Assembly (NCBI GenBank): GCA_965237415.1 | Contig: CBDEFM010000002.1 | Location: 3,104,001 to 3,168,000, forward strand | Length of the DNA stretch: 64,000 bases | Direction of reading: 5' to 3' | DNA from: Alphaproteobacteria bacterium | Lineage (GTDB): Bacteria > Pseudomonadota > Alphaproteobacteria > UBA828 | Shown: one piece after another, positions 30,163 to 41,541 of the stretch | Layout: every line of letters starts with the position of its first letter | How positions within the stretch are numbered: the first letter of the stretch is position 1 | Notes under the pieces: generated by a model | Database searches by the model: none | Seen by the model: the letters and a program-made list of their open reading frames with translations, nothing else | What the model was told of the DNA's origin: nothing | Made by a program: the position numbers and the translations under genes

Positions 30163-30920
30163 CGGCGGCCTCCATCCTGCCGCTGGAGCTTCAGGGCGTG
30201 AGCTTCGAGCGCGACCGGCAACGGTTGCTCAAGGAGGTCTCGGTGCGCATCGCCGAGGGGCCGAAGACGATCGTCCTGGGCCCCAACGGCGCGGGAAAGA
30301 GCCTTCTGCTCCGCCTCTGCCACGGGCTGATCGCACCCAGCGAGGGGGCGGTGTTGTGGCATGGCGCGGCCGGGCGCGATGCGCAGCGCTTCCAGGCGAT
30401 GGTGATGCAGCGCCCGGTCATGCTGCGCCGCTCGGTCGCCGCCAACATCGACTTCGCGCTCGGCCTGCGGCGTATTCCCCGGCCGGAGCGCCGGCGGCTG
30501 ATCGCCCATGCGCTGGAGCGCACCGGGCTCGGCGCCTTCGCGCGGGTGCCGGCGCGCGTGCTCTCCTTCGGCGAGCAGCAGCGGCTGGCGCTGGCGCGCT
30601 CCTGGGCGCTCAAGCCCCAGGTGCTCTTCCTCGACGAGCCCACCGCCAATCTCGACCCTGCGGCGACCCACGTGATAGAGGACGCGATCGTGGCCATGGC
30701 CCAGGAGGGAACCAAGATCATCATGACCACCCACGATCTCGGCCAGGCGCGCCGGCTTGCGGACGAGGTGATGTTCCTGCACCGCGGGCGCGTGCTGGAG
30801 CATGCGGCAGCGCCAGCGTTCTTTGCCGGGCCGGAGAACGAGCTCGCCAGCGCCTTCCTGCGGGGCGAGCTGCTCTGGTGGGAGCGCCGCGAGCTCACCC
30901 CGCCCACGGCCCGCGCGTAG
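30159..30920 (+). CDS. tupC: Tungstate ABC transporter ATP-binding protein
   Basis: GPNGAGKS, LSFGEQQR, LFLDEPT; ATGA overlap with tupB. Confidence 0.88.
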   Translation: MTAASILPLELQGVSFERDRQRLLKEVSVRIAEGPKTIVLGPNGAGKSLLLRLCHGLIAPSEGAVLWHGAAGRDAQRFQAMVMQRPVMLRRSVAANIDFALGLRRIPRPERRRLIAHALERTGLGAFARVPARVLSFGEQQRLALARSWALKPQVLFLDEPTANLDPAATHVIEDAIVAMAQEGTKIIMTTHDLGQARRLADEVMFLHRGRVLEHAAAPAFFAGPENELASAFLRGELLWWERRELTPPTARA

Positions 30921-31060
30921 AGCGTTTCCGTTTGGCACGGAAACGCTCTCGCTCTTTTGTCGCTCACGGCAGCCGGCCTGTGGCCGGCGCTTGCGCGGGC
31001 GCGGCCTGTCGCGCGTCCGTCAAAGACGGACGCGCTCTAAGCCACGCGAGAGCGCCTGGC

Positions 31061-31912
31061 GTGCGATCCCTTCCCCCGAGCCGACGCACCCGCGCGCGCG
31101 GCCTCCTTGCCTGGCTCGCGGCGGCGGCGCTCACGATCGTGCTGGCAATGCCGGCGGCGCGCGCCGGCGACTTCATCACCGTCGCTTCCACCACGTCCAC
31201 CCAGAACGCCGGCCTCTTCGACCGTCTATTGCCGCTGTTCGAGGCCGAGACCGGGATCGAGGTGCGCGTCGTCGCGGTCGGCACCGGCCAGGCGTTGCGG
31301 CTTGCGCGGAACGGCGATGCCGACCTCCTCCTGGTGCACGACAAGCCCTCCGAAGAGGCGTTCGTGGCGGCGGGCTACGGCAGCGCGCGCTTCGACCTGA
31401 TGTACAACGACTTCGTCGTGGTGGGCCCCGCGGGCGACCCGGCCGGGATCGCGGGTGCGGACGAGGCGGCGGCGGCGCTCGCCAAGATCGCGGCGGCGGA
31501 GGCGCCCTTCGTCAGCCGAGGCGACGACAGCGGCACCCACCGGCGCGAGCGCGCGCTCTGGGCGGCCGCCGGGGTGGACCCCACGGGCGCGTCGGGCACC
31601 TGGTACCGCGAGGCCGGCCAGGGCATGGGGGCGACGCTCAACACTGCCTCCATGATGGAGGCCTACACGCTCGCCGACCGCGGCACCTGGCTCTCGATGC
31701 GGGGCAGGCTCGACTTGCGCCTCCTGGTCGAGGGCGATGCGGGGCTCCGCAACCAGTATGGCGTCACCCTCGTAAGCGCGGAGACGCACCCGCACGTCAA
31801 GGCCGAGGCTGCCCGGCGCTTCGCCGTGTGGTTGATCTCGCCCGCCGGCCAGGCGGCGATCGACGGCTTCACCATCGACGGCGAGCGCCTCTTTATCCCG
31901 AACGCGAACTAG
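31061..31912 (+). CDS. tupA: Tungstate ABC transporter substrate-binding protein
   Basis: ASTTST motif, VGTGQAL, FVSRGDDSGTH. Start uncertain. Confidence 0.9.
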   Translation: MRSLPPSRRTRARGLLAWLAAAALTIVLAMPAARAGDFITVASTTSTQNAGLFDRLLPLFEAETGIEVRVVAVGTGQALRLARNGDADLLLVHDKPSEEAFVAAGYGSARFDLMYNDFVVVGPAGDPAGIAGADEAAAALAKIAAAEAPFVSRGDDSGTHRRERALWAAAGVDPTGASGTWYREAGQGMGATLNTASMMEAYTLADRGTWLSMRGRLDLRLLVEGDAGLRNQYGVTLVSAETHPHVKAEAARRFAVWLISPAGQAAIDGFTIDGERLFIPNAN

Positions 31913-31971
31913 AAATGGCCCGTATAGTGGGATAAGCGGGCGGGCACGAGCACGGGAGCGGAGGCCGGCGC

Positions 31972-33288
31972 ATGGCGGTAAAGATTCTACCCAAGGAAGA
32001 CGCCACCAACGGGTGGAGCCGCATCCTGCCACCGCGTGCGCCGGCGCCGGCGCTCAAGGGCGACGTGCGCGCCGATTGGCTGGTGGTGGGCGCGGGGTTC
32101 ACCGGCCTCGCCGCGGCGCGCAGGCTGGCCGAGAACCGGCCCGACGACCACGTCGTGCTGCTGGACGCCCACGAGGTGGGCGAAGGCGCGTCCGGGCGCA
32201 ATTCCGGTTTCGCCATCGACCTGCCGCACAATGTCGGCGGCGCGTTCGATGAGCTGTCAGGCGCTCATGGCTACATCCGCCTCAGCCGGGCGGCGATCGA
32301 CCATCTCGACGCATGCGTGGCGCAGCACGGGATCGACTGCGGCTACACCCATCGCGGCAAGTATCACGCCGCCGTCACGGACCTCGGGCGCACGAAGATC
32401 CTGGAGCCCTTCGCACGCACGATGGAGGCGCTCGGCGAGCCCTATCGCTGGCTCGACGCCGCAGAACTCCGCAAGGCCCTCGGAACCTCCTATCACTCGG
32501 TGGCGCTCTATACGCCGGGCGGGCGGCTCTTCAACCCTGCCGGCCTCACCAAGGGCCTCGCCGCCACGCTGCCCGAGAACGTGACGCTGCACGAGCACAC
32601 GCCGGTCATGGAGGTCGAGCAGCGGAACGGCGTGCGCGCGGTAACCCCCGGCGGCGCCGTCGACGCTGAGGCCATGGTGCTCGCGGTCAACGGCTATGCG
32701 CCCCAATTCTCGGTCTTCAAGGGCACCCTCCTGACCTTCGCGGCCCACGGCAGCCTGACCCGGCCTCTTACCGAGGCGGAGCACCGGGCGCTCGGCGGTG
32801 TAGAGGACTGGGGGCTGACGCCGGCCAACTCCCACGTCGGCGTCACTCTGCGTTACACGACCGACCGGCGCATCCTGGTCCGCCAGCGTTTCTTCTACGC
32901 GCCGAGGCTCAGGCGCTCGGACGCCGAGATGGAGACGATCCGCCGCGACCACCAGCGGGCCTTCGAGGCGCGCTTCCCAATGCTGCCGGATGTCAAGATC
33001 GAGCACACCTGGCGCGGCTATGTCTGCCTCTCGCGCAACCATGCGCCGGGCTTCGGCAAGGTCGGCCCCCACACGTTCGCCGCGGTCTGCCAGAACGCGG
33101 TCGGTGTCACCAAGGGCACCATCTCGGGCGTGCTCGCGGCGGACATGGCCACCGGCCAGGACAACCCGCTCATCGCCGACATGGAGGAGCAGGGCACGCC
33201 CGCCCCGCTGCCGCCGGCACCCTTCTGCGACCTCGGCGTCCGTGCCCGCCTCGCGCTCGACAACATTCGCTGGCGCCGCGAGCGCTGA
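31972..33288 (+). CDS. FAD-dependent oxidoreductase (DadA/PuuB family)
   Basis: VVGAGFTG and GASGRNSGF motifs. Confidence 0.88.
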   Translation: MAVKILPKEDATNGWSRILPPRAPAPALKGDVRADWLVVGAGFTGLAAARRLAENRPDDHVVLLDAHEVGEGASGRNSGFAIDLPHNVGGAFDELSGAHGYIRLSRAAIDHLDACVAQHGIDCGYTHRGKYHAAVTDLGRTKILEPFARTMEALGEPYRWLDAAELRKALGTSYHSVALYTPGGRLFNPAGLTKGLAATLPENVTLHEHTPVMEVEQRNGVRAVTPGGAVDAEAMVLAVNGYAPQFSVFKGTLLTFAAHGSLTRPLTEAEHRALGGVEDWGLTPANSHVGVTLRYTTDRRILVRQRFFYAPRLRRSDAEMETIRRDHQRAFEARFPMLPDVKIEHTWRGYVCLSRNHAPGFGKVGPHTFAAVCQNAVGVTKGTISGVLAADMATGQDNPLIADMEEQGTPAPLPPAPFCDLGVRARLALDNIRWRRER

Positions 33289-33354
33289 CCGGAACTCCTC
33301 TCCAAAGTCGTCGTCTGCGCGGCCGAGGACTCCAGCTCGCTAATCCGATGGCGG

Positions 33355-33624
33355 TCAGGAGCCCGGATGCAGGCTGGCGATTTGCCGCTTCACGACCCGC
33401 GCTGCCTCGGATTGTGGGGCCGACTGCTGCAGGAGCTGAATGTGGGCCCGCCCCAGCGGCGGCAGAGCCTGCGCAGCGGAGACGACCTGCAATCCTTCGG
33501 GAATCGAGCCCTCTGCCATGACAGTGACCGCCGTTCCGGACGAGACAGCGCTCAGAATGACCCGTTCGTTGGCGCTGCAGATCGCTTCCCGACAGGCAAC
33601 GCTGCGAGACCGCAGAGCGTGTTT
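33355..33624 (-). pseudogene. LysR regulator, C-terminal fragment
   Basis: AVSSGTAVTVMAEG...LPPLG..IQLL, paralogous to 46970-47857. Confidence 0.8.
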
Positions 33625-34267
33625 GGATCGTGTCCCGGCGCGTGGTGTAAGAGCGTTGCGCTCTACGCGGCTCCCGGCGGGTAGGGCCGGGACGTTCAGG
33701 CTGCCACGGTGGGCAGCGTGATGGGGACACCATCGCGCAGCGGAGCGATGGATTCCAGCGTCATGTATCTCCTTGAGACGGCCCACTCGTCGTTCTGCTC
33801 GAGAAGGATGGCACCGACGAGCCGTGTGATAGCGGCTTCGTTGGGAAAGATACCGACGACGTTGGTGCGGCGCTTGACCTCGGCATGGAGCCGTTCGATC
33901 GGGTTGGTCGAATGCAATTTCTGGCGGTGCTCCCTGGGGAAGCTCATGTAGGCGAGGACGTCGTGCTCGGCTTCGTCCATGAGAACTGCCAGCTTGGGCA
34001 CCTTGGGCCTGAGTTGGTCGGCGACCTGGCGCCACTGGGCCTTGGCGCTGTCGGCGTCCTCCTGGGCGAAGGCGGTGGCGACGAAGGCGGAGACGACGCG
34101 CCGGCCCTGCCTGCCGGCATGGGCCAGCAGGTTGCGGGCGAAGTGCACGCGGCAGCGCTGCCATGTGGCGCCGAGGATCCGGGTCGCGGCGGCCTTCAGG
34201 CCCTTGTGGTCGTCGGAGATCACCAGCTTCACGCCGCGCAGCCCGCGCCGGGCCAGCGAGCGCAGGA
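33625..34267 (-). mobile_element. IS256-family element, 3' half only
   Basis: LVISDDHKGL, WQRCRVHF, STNPIERL, VGIFPN; terminal sequence TACACCACGCGCCGGGACACGATCC. Confidence 0.9.
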
Positions 34268-34613
34268 GCTTTGTATCGACATCGGACATGGCATATTAGT
34301 AATATCAATACTATGTTTCGGTCAATATGATTGTCCGCCGACTGCCCCCTGCGCTGGTGAAATGGGGGCAGTTGAAGGGGGTCAGAGCCGGCGCCGTGGC
34401 CGGTCGGTCATTCGGCCTCAATGCGGTCCGGGGGCGGAATGCGGAGGGTCGAGCCGCAGTCGTTGCGTCCAGGCTCTCGGTCCTCAGGAAGCGGGCCGAT
34501 ACGCAAGGCGGACGACGGTAGACGTCCGTATCGCGCCGGCGTCTGGACGCGAGCATGAGGGCGGCGCGCGGCGCGAATATCCTGGATTGATGCTTGTCGT
34601 TGGATCGTCTTTG

Positions 34614-35702
34614 CTACCAACGATCGCCACTATTGTCGCCATGCGGATAGAACTGTTTGCAATAGCGCCGATATCTGCCGATGGCACCGTCGGAGCGGCA
34701 CAAACGCGGATGAGGTCGGTAGCTCTTCCGTCCCCAGATCTCGACATCCTAGAGAACATCCCGCTTTTGCATGAAAATCAACATTTTGTTCATGATCCTG
34801 GTGCGCAACGTCACCGGCAGGAATCCGAGGCCTGCGATCAGACGCTTGGGCTTTCGTATTTCCCGGACTTGTCCGGCCAGAACCAGATCGATGAACGTGC
34901 CGTCGACCGGCGTCGCCAGAATCCACAGGCGAGAGTCCATGCCGATCGTGTTCTCACGGATGTCGACGAACGAGTAACCCAGCCCATGGACGTAAGCGGT
35001 GACTGAAAAGTCGTAGATGATGTCGGTAAATCCTGCAATGCGGCGGCGACTCCTGAAATCGAAGCGACTCACGAGTACTGCGCCGTCCGCCGTTGTCGAT
35101 CCGGCAGCCTTCACATCGTCATAGCCGTGCACATGCCGCAGGTGGGCCAGGTCTACCGAGTTTTCCGTCGTCTCCTGGGGATGGCCGGGGAATCGGAGGG
35201 TCCGGAGTTCCAGGTCGCTCCACTCGCCTCCAGCCGGCGGCTCTTTGGGAAGGTCCCATTGCGGCGGGCGTCCGTCGATGCTCCACCAGGCGAAGACGAG
35301 ACCCAGGATTTCCCGCGTGTCGAAGACCTTCAGCCTCACCGATGCCGGCGGCGCGGCATAGGGAGTCGCAACACAGTTGCCGGCGACATCGTAGGTGAAG
35401 CCGTGAAAGGGACAGACGAGATGGCCATCGCGCACGCGTCCGCCGGCGGCAGGACCCAAAGAGGAGCCCAGATGAGGGCATACCGACTGGGCTACGCAGA
35501 TGGTCCCCTCATTGTCGCACCAGGCGACGATGTCCTGCCCAAGCCGCTGCTTTTGGATCAATCTTCTCTTCGTTATCGAGCGGCGGCTGTCGACAGAATA
35601 CCATCCCTCGGGAAATGGGAAGAGAGAGAGTTCGTCGCTCCCGACGCCGCAATCGTCGCCCACGTATTGCGGCGTTTGCTGCCTATGTAGAGGCTTCTGC
35701 AT
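34614..35702 (-). pseudogene. Rieske non-heme iron oxygenase (KshA/sterol desaturase-like) with in-frame TAG
   Basis: FPEGWY, CPHLG, CPFHG, ENSVDLAHLRHVH. After the TAG at 34749-34751 the frame continues DVEIW...DGAIGRYRRYCKQFY. Confidence 0.8.
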
Positions 35703-36263
35703 AGCAAGGCCCCTCAGCCCGGAGCGCACGACGGCGTGTGTTCACGGGGCATCAGATACCCATCCACATCGTACCGGATCACGGTGAGCACGAAGCACGC
35801 TGTTACCGACCGCGCGCGCCTCCTGATCCAAATTATAGCCCATTGTGTTTCACATCGCCTAACAAACAGCCGCAAGACCCCGATGCCGTGGGGGCTGACG
35901 AATTTCGCTGGACGGCCGGGGAGTCGGCGCGAGAGGATCATGGCCGCGGGCGTCGACAAAGCCTGCACTACGTCGAATGTTGCCCCCACCTGTATGGCCT
36001 TCCTCCCCGGCCCCCAACGCTGGCATCGTGCCGTCGAGCGACACAAGGGCGGTAACGGCCTCGCGCATCCGTTCGAGTGCCGCAAACTCAGCGGGCGCGC
36101 CCGAAAGAGTGATGAACGAGGGGGCCGTAGGCTGGGATACTGGACACGCAAATGCTCCCGATGTCGGGCTTCATCGCCTGAAGTCTGCCCACAAGACGGC
36201 ATGTTGAAATGAATTTAGAGACCTGCATAGCCCTCATCATGGGTCGCCGCGGGTGCCCAGTAC

Positions 36264-38644
36264 TTGGTATCTGTCGATGTCGACGTTCGGAATCATTTCA
36301 AAAAGAATGACCCACACATTGTCGCGCTCGATCAGTTGGAAGGCACCTACGCTATCTCCGACACCGCGCTTGTTGCCGTCGCGCCGCAGAGCGGCACCAT
36401 CTTCACGCGGGAAACGCTCGTCGCCATAGAAGAGCTGACCGAACAGCTTTGGCGAACGCCCTATGTCACCCGCGTTGATTCAATTGCAAACTATTCCCAT
36501 AGCGAAGGCTTAGAGGACGAGCTGATTGTCGAGCCACTTATCGACGACGCCGGTTCCCTGAGCGATAGTGACGTAGAACGAATAGAGAGAATCGCGCTCG
36601 ATACGGAGGAGATTGCCGGGCGCTTCATTTCCCGGGACGGTCACGTGGCCGGGTTGGTTGTCAGTATCGCGCTTCCCGATGATCGGCAAGATCGACAACC
36701 GGCTAAAGTAGAGGTTGTCGACTTCCTCTACGATGCTGCCGCCGAGGCTCGGGCAAAGTATTCGACCATCGACTACCATATTACTGGCGAGCTCGCCCTC
36801 AATCGTGCCATGAGCGACGCACTGAGCGACGAGTTTGGCATCCTCGGGCCCATCGCGCTTGGGACGATGCTGCTCGTCGTCATTGTTTTGCTGCGCTCGA
36901 TATGGGGGACAGTTGCGATTGTCTTGATGATCATTGCCGTCATCGTATCCGCGGTCGGCTTTGTCGGCTGGAGCGGCATGACGCTGTTCGGTGAGAGCGC
37001 TGCTGCAATATTCGTTCTGATGGCGATCGCGGTCGCACATTCCGTACACGTCATAGAGGCAATGCTGGCGGGTTTGCGCCAAGGAATGGACCGTAAACAA
37101 GCAGCGATCCATTCTATGGAGCTCAACGTGTGGCCTGTTTTCCTCACGTCGGTCACCACTGCAATCGGTTTCCTCAGCCTGAATTTCTCGGAAATGCCAC
37201 CGTTTCAGGTCATGGGTAACATGGTGGCTTTCGGCTCGTTGTGCGCCTTCGTCTACGCGGTGACGATTTTGCCCATAATTTTGTCAGTTATGCCCATGCG
37301 TAGTCGGCCCGCGGGCGCGGAGAGAGCGGACTATTTCGATCGTCTCGGGCGGTTTATCGTTTCCAACCGCGTGATCCTCTGTGCTCTTTCGCTGTTTTAT
37401 CTGTTGCGCTTATGGCCGGCACGTCTCGGATCGAACTCAAGGAAAACTGGCTGGAGCTTCTCGGCGAAAGTTACGAGTTCCGGCGGTCCACAGAATTCAT
37501 AAGCAGGAATTTCACTGACGTCGAAGCATTCGAGTACTCGCTCGTCTCCGGGCAGGAGGGCGGTATCACGGATGTCGAATACCTAAGCCAGGTGGATGCT
37601 TTCGCGGAGTGGTATCGAGCGCAGCCGGAAGTCGCCCACGTCTTCGCAATCTCCGGCATCATGAAGCGCTTGAACAAGAATGTGAATGGGGACGATCCGG
37701 ACTTTTACAGCGTTCCGGACAACGCCGAACTTGCCGCACAGTATCTGCTGCTTTACGAATTCTCTTTGCCGGTGGGTCTCGACTTGAACAATTTTATCGA
37801 CGTTGAACGCTCGGCAACGCGTGCAACGGTCGTGTTGAGCAGTCTCTCCACCAATGAGAAGATAGAGCTCGACGATCGCGCGCAAGCCTGGTTGCGGCAA
37901 AATGCTCCTGGTCTGGAATCCGGGGCCGCTGGAGTTTCGATTGTCGCTGCTCATTCGATTCAGAAGAATAAAAAAAACAAGCTGATCGGTACCATTACCG
38001 CGATGGGCATCGTCTCCCTGCTCCTGGTCTTCATCTTCAGGAGCGTGCGACTCGGCCTGATCAGTTTGATACCCATTTTCGTTCCGGCCGCCCTGGCGAT
38101 GGGTCTGTGGGGGTATGCGGTGGGAGAGGTCGGAAACGCAGCGGCGGTGGTCACCGCTATAGCGTTCGGCTTCATTGTTGACGAGACGATCCACTTCATG
38201 ACCAAATACATAAGGGCCAGAAAGAGCGGGCTGTTGCCGGCGGAGTCCGTTCAAACCGCCTTCCGCACCGTGGGCAAGGCGCTATTGGCGACGACCGTCG
38301 TGTTTGCGCTGGGCTTCATGGTGTTCGGGGCGTCGGGGATTGCGACCAACCAGGCGCTTGGTCTGCTCGTGGGAGCAACCGTTATCGTCACTCTACTGGC
38401 AGATTTCCTGTTCTTGCCGCCGTTGCTGATGGTGTTCGAGCGGTTAAAAGAAAGGAAATGGGGAGGGCAGTTGAACACGTCTGGCAAGTGCGGTTCCCTG
38501 GAGCGATATCTTGTGAAGGCCTTCGGACGGATCGGCGCCGCGTGTCGTGCCGGGTTCCTTATAGTCATGCTACCGGATAAGACTGGGCGCCCCGCTCTTG
38601 CGAGCGTGTTCTCCGCGCGTGCCGGCGGTGGGGGGGGGCGATGA
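36264..38644 (+). pseudogene. MMPL/RND-family transporter, 5'-damaged and frameshifted near 37400
   Basis: Two overlapping ORFs (36264-37502, 37412-38644) carrying PVFLTSVTTAIGFLSLNFS and VDETIHF MMPL motifs. Confidence 0.85.
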
Positions 38645-39909
38645 TTGCGCGCCGCCTCGTCCTTCTCTCGGTGCTGTTGTGGCTACTGGTTCCGGTGCTT
38701 GCAACGGGAGCGCATGCCGACAACGGGATCGCCGATCTAATCGAGGTTTCCGGGCGTCTTTCCCCGGAAACCCGGCTCTACCCCGAGACTGCCGCGCATC
38801 CCGGCCAGCGCTCGCATGCGAGCGGCTTTGCCGCGGAGGCAACGGTCTATATGGAAGACGGCGAGGGCAGAAGCATTACGATCACGCCCTTTTTTCGATA
38901 CGACGCCGGAGATCCCGACCGCACCCACGCGGATCTTCGCGAGGCCTTTCTTCTCTTGTACGGCGATGTCGGCGAAGACGAATGGGAGCTGCGTCTAGGC
39001 GTCGATCGGGTCTTTTGGGGCGTCGTCGAATCGCGATCCCTGGTCGATATCGTCAACCAGACCGACCTCGTTGAACAGCCAGACGAGAAGACCAAGATGG
39101 GTCAGCCCATGGTCCATCTCACCTGGTCGGGAGACTGGGGGGCGCTGGAGTTGTTCGGGCTGACCTGGCACCGGCCGCGCACTCTCCCGGGCCGGCACAG
39201 CCGCGTGCGTGCCGGGCTCGTCGTGGACCACGATTTGACATCGTACGAGTCCGCATCGGAAGAGTGGCATCTCGATTTCGCCGGCCGCTACGGCGGTAGC
39301 TTCGGGCCGCTCGACGTCGGGCTTAGCGTGTTCGACGGCACGAGCCGCGAGCCCACCCTTCTGCCGGCGCTGGTGGGCTCTGAATTGGTTCTCGCGCCGC
39401 ATTACGAGCAGATCCTCCAATTCGGTCTGGATTCCCAGCTCACCACAGGCCCGTGGCTTCTCAAGCTGGAAGCCATCCACCGCGCCGGCGCGCAGAACCG
39501 CCGCCTGGATCGATACCTCAAATACGAGGAAGAGGACTACGCGGCTTTCATCGTGGGGGGCGAATACACGATCAATGCCGTGTGGGACTCGGACGCTGAT
39601 CTGAGCCTGATCGCCGAATGGGCTCGCGACGGGCGAGGCCGATGGGCAACCAACGCGTTCGAGAACGACATACTCCTTGCTGCGCGTCTCGGGCTGAACG
39701 ATGAACAGAGCACCGAATTCACCGTCAGCGTTCTGGCCTCACTCGACAACAGCAGTCGTGTTCTAAGCACTGAATTCAAGCGCCGCCTCTCGGAGAGCTG
39801 GTCCTTGCATGTGGAGAGCACCGCCTATTTCGGGATCGCCGAGGACGACGTCGTATACGATGTGCGGCGCGATAGTTTCATCGGGGTGAACCTGGACTAC
39901 AACTTCTGA
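38641..39909 (+). CDS. Outer-membrane beta-barrel protein
   Basis: Signal peptide, VFWGVVES..LVDIVNQTD, C-terminal LDYNF. Confidence 0.8.
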   Translation: MIARRLVLLSVLLWLLVPVLATGAHADNGIADLIEVSGRLSPETRLYPETAAHPGQRSHASGFAAEATVYMEDGEGRSITITPFFRYDAGDPDRTHADLREAFLLLYGDVGEDEWELRLGVDRVFWGVVESRSLVDIVNQTDLVEQPDEKTKMGQPMVHLTWSGDWGALELFGLTWHRPRTLPGRHSRVRAGLVVDHDLTSYESASEEWHLDFAGRYGGSFGPLDVGLSVFDGTSREPTLLPALVGSELVLAPHYEQILQFGLDSQLTTGPWLLKLEAIHRAGAQNRRLDRYLKYEEEDYAAFIVGGEYTINAVWDSDADLSLIAEWARDGRGRWATNAFENDILLAARLGLNDEQSTEFTVSVLASLDNSSRVLSTEFKRRLSESWSLHVESTAYFGIAEDDVVYDVRRDSFIGVNLDYNF

Positions 39910-40137
39910 ATCGGACCACTGCGTGAAGGCTCGGAGAACGGCCGCCATGTGGACTTTGCCGCGCGGGAATGGCCGTCGCCGGGCGGGGCTTTCATGCGCC
40001 GGGCAGGAATCGTGCTACCATGTGCGCAGAGGTCCGGGCGAAGGTGGAGGAGGTGAAATGGCCCTGCCGGCGCCTGGGCCCCGCCGTCGATTTCCCGATT
40101 TGCCCGCTCTTCTGATGGCCGCCGACAGGAGGAAACG

Positions 40138-40959
40138 GTGATGCGCGTCGCTCTCCCCCACCCAATGCTTGCCTTGTCCGGGATCGTTCTTGCCATTGCG
40201 GCCTGGGCGGTCGAACCCTCGGTCGGTCGCGCGGCCGACAGTGCCGAGGAAGCCGGGCTCAAGATCGCAACCGAAGCCCGCGAACGCCAAAATGGTTTCG
40301 GCAATTTCACCGCAAGCCTGACCATGATACTGCGCAACAAACGGGGGCAGGAAAGCCAGCGCGAACTCCGCCTGAAAGTGATCGAGGTCGAGGGAGACGG
40401 CGATCGCACCTTGTTCGTGTTCGACCGCCCGCGCGATGTCCGGGGAACCGCGTTTCTCGTCCACGCCCATAAGGACGAGCCGGACGAGCAGTGGCTCTAT
40501 CTTCCCGCCCTGAAACGGGTCAAGCGCATCAGTTCCTCGAAGCAGTCCGGCTCCTTCATGGGCAGCGAATTCTCATACGAGAACTTGAGCGCCGTCGAGA
40601 TCGAGAAATACACTCACCGACACCTGCGCGACGAGTCCTGTGGCGAGCTCGAATGCACCGTTTTGGAGCGCATCCCGCTCAGCAAGGATTCAGGCTATTC
40701 CCGTCAACTGGTCTGGCTCGACCAGGAGGAGCTTCGTACCATGCAGGTCCAATTCTTCGACCGCAGGGACGAGCATCTCAAGACGATGGCCGTCGAAGAC
40801 TACGAGAAATATCTCGATCGCTATTGGCGGGGCGGCGAGATAACGATGACGAACCATCTCACGGGAAAGAGCACCGTGCTGCGTTGGACGGACTACGAGT
40901 TCGGGACCGACCTCGACGTCGGCGACTTCACCCGGACGGCGCTAAAGCGGGTGCGGTAG
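40138..40959 (+). CDS. LolA-like outer-membrane lipoprotein-sorting protein
   Basis: PRDVRGTAFL, QWLYLPALKRVKRIS, SFMGSEFSYE. Confidence 0.88.
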   Translation: MMRVALPHPMLALSGIVLAIAAWAVEPSVGRAADSAEEAGLKIATEARERQNGFGNFTASLTMILRNKRGQESQRELRLKVIEVEGDGDRTLFVFDRPRDVRGTAFLVHAHKDEPDEQWLYLPALKRVKRISSSKQSGSFMGSEFSYENLSAVEIEKYTHRHLRDESCGELECTVLERIPLSKDSGYSRQLVWLDQEELRTMQVQFFDRRDEHLKTMAVEDYEKYLDRYWRGGEITMTNHLTGKSTVLRWTDYEFGTDLDVGDFTRTALKRVR

Positions 40960-40974
40960 AGTAGGCGAGATCAG

Positions 40975-41217
40975 GCAGCTCTCTGACTCCGGCTTCGTCC
41001 ACAGGCGATCGACCGGAGCGGGCCATGGCGCTCATTCGAGGCCGTCGAGCTCGCTACTCTGGAATGGGTCGATTGGTTCAACAACCGGCGGCTCCTGGAG
41101 CCCATCGGAAACATCCCGGCGGCCGAAGCCGAGGAACGCCACTACGCCATGCTGGAGCAGTCAGATATGGCGGCGTGACTCAAACAAAATGGCCTCCGCC
41201 CAACCCGGCGCGGTTCA
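40975..41217 (+). mobile_element. IS3-family 3' remnant
   Basis: PWRSFEAVELATLEWVDWFNNRRLLEPIGNIP; terminus ...CCCGGCGCGGTTCA. Confidence 0.85.
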
Positions 41218-41541
41218 GACCGAACGCATCTCGCAATGGCCTCCCGCTCGACGCAGAGCATAGTCCACGGAGCGTGCAGTCTGACTGAGAAGCTTCGGAT
41301 ATGAATTCGACAGCACGACTTCGAGGGGGGTGCCCAGGTCGATGACCTCGCAACTGGAGATGATGCCGCGCACATAGGGCAGCACACCCGCCTCCTCTCA
41401 CCCGGTCCGCACGAACACAATCCCGACTTGCGCAACTCGTCACGTCATTCGGCCAATTCGGCGGCTTATCGGCCATGAAAGTGGCGGATTATTGTGTATT
41501 GCCCCTTTGCAACTGTCTGTAATGCCGAGCTGTCCCCCTTG

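Noticed and set aside
35736-36212. 158-aa ORF between the Rieske and MMPL genes
   Set aside because: No recognisable motif; possibly a remnant, but not supportable.
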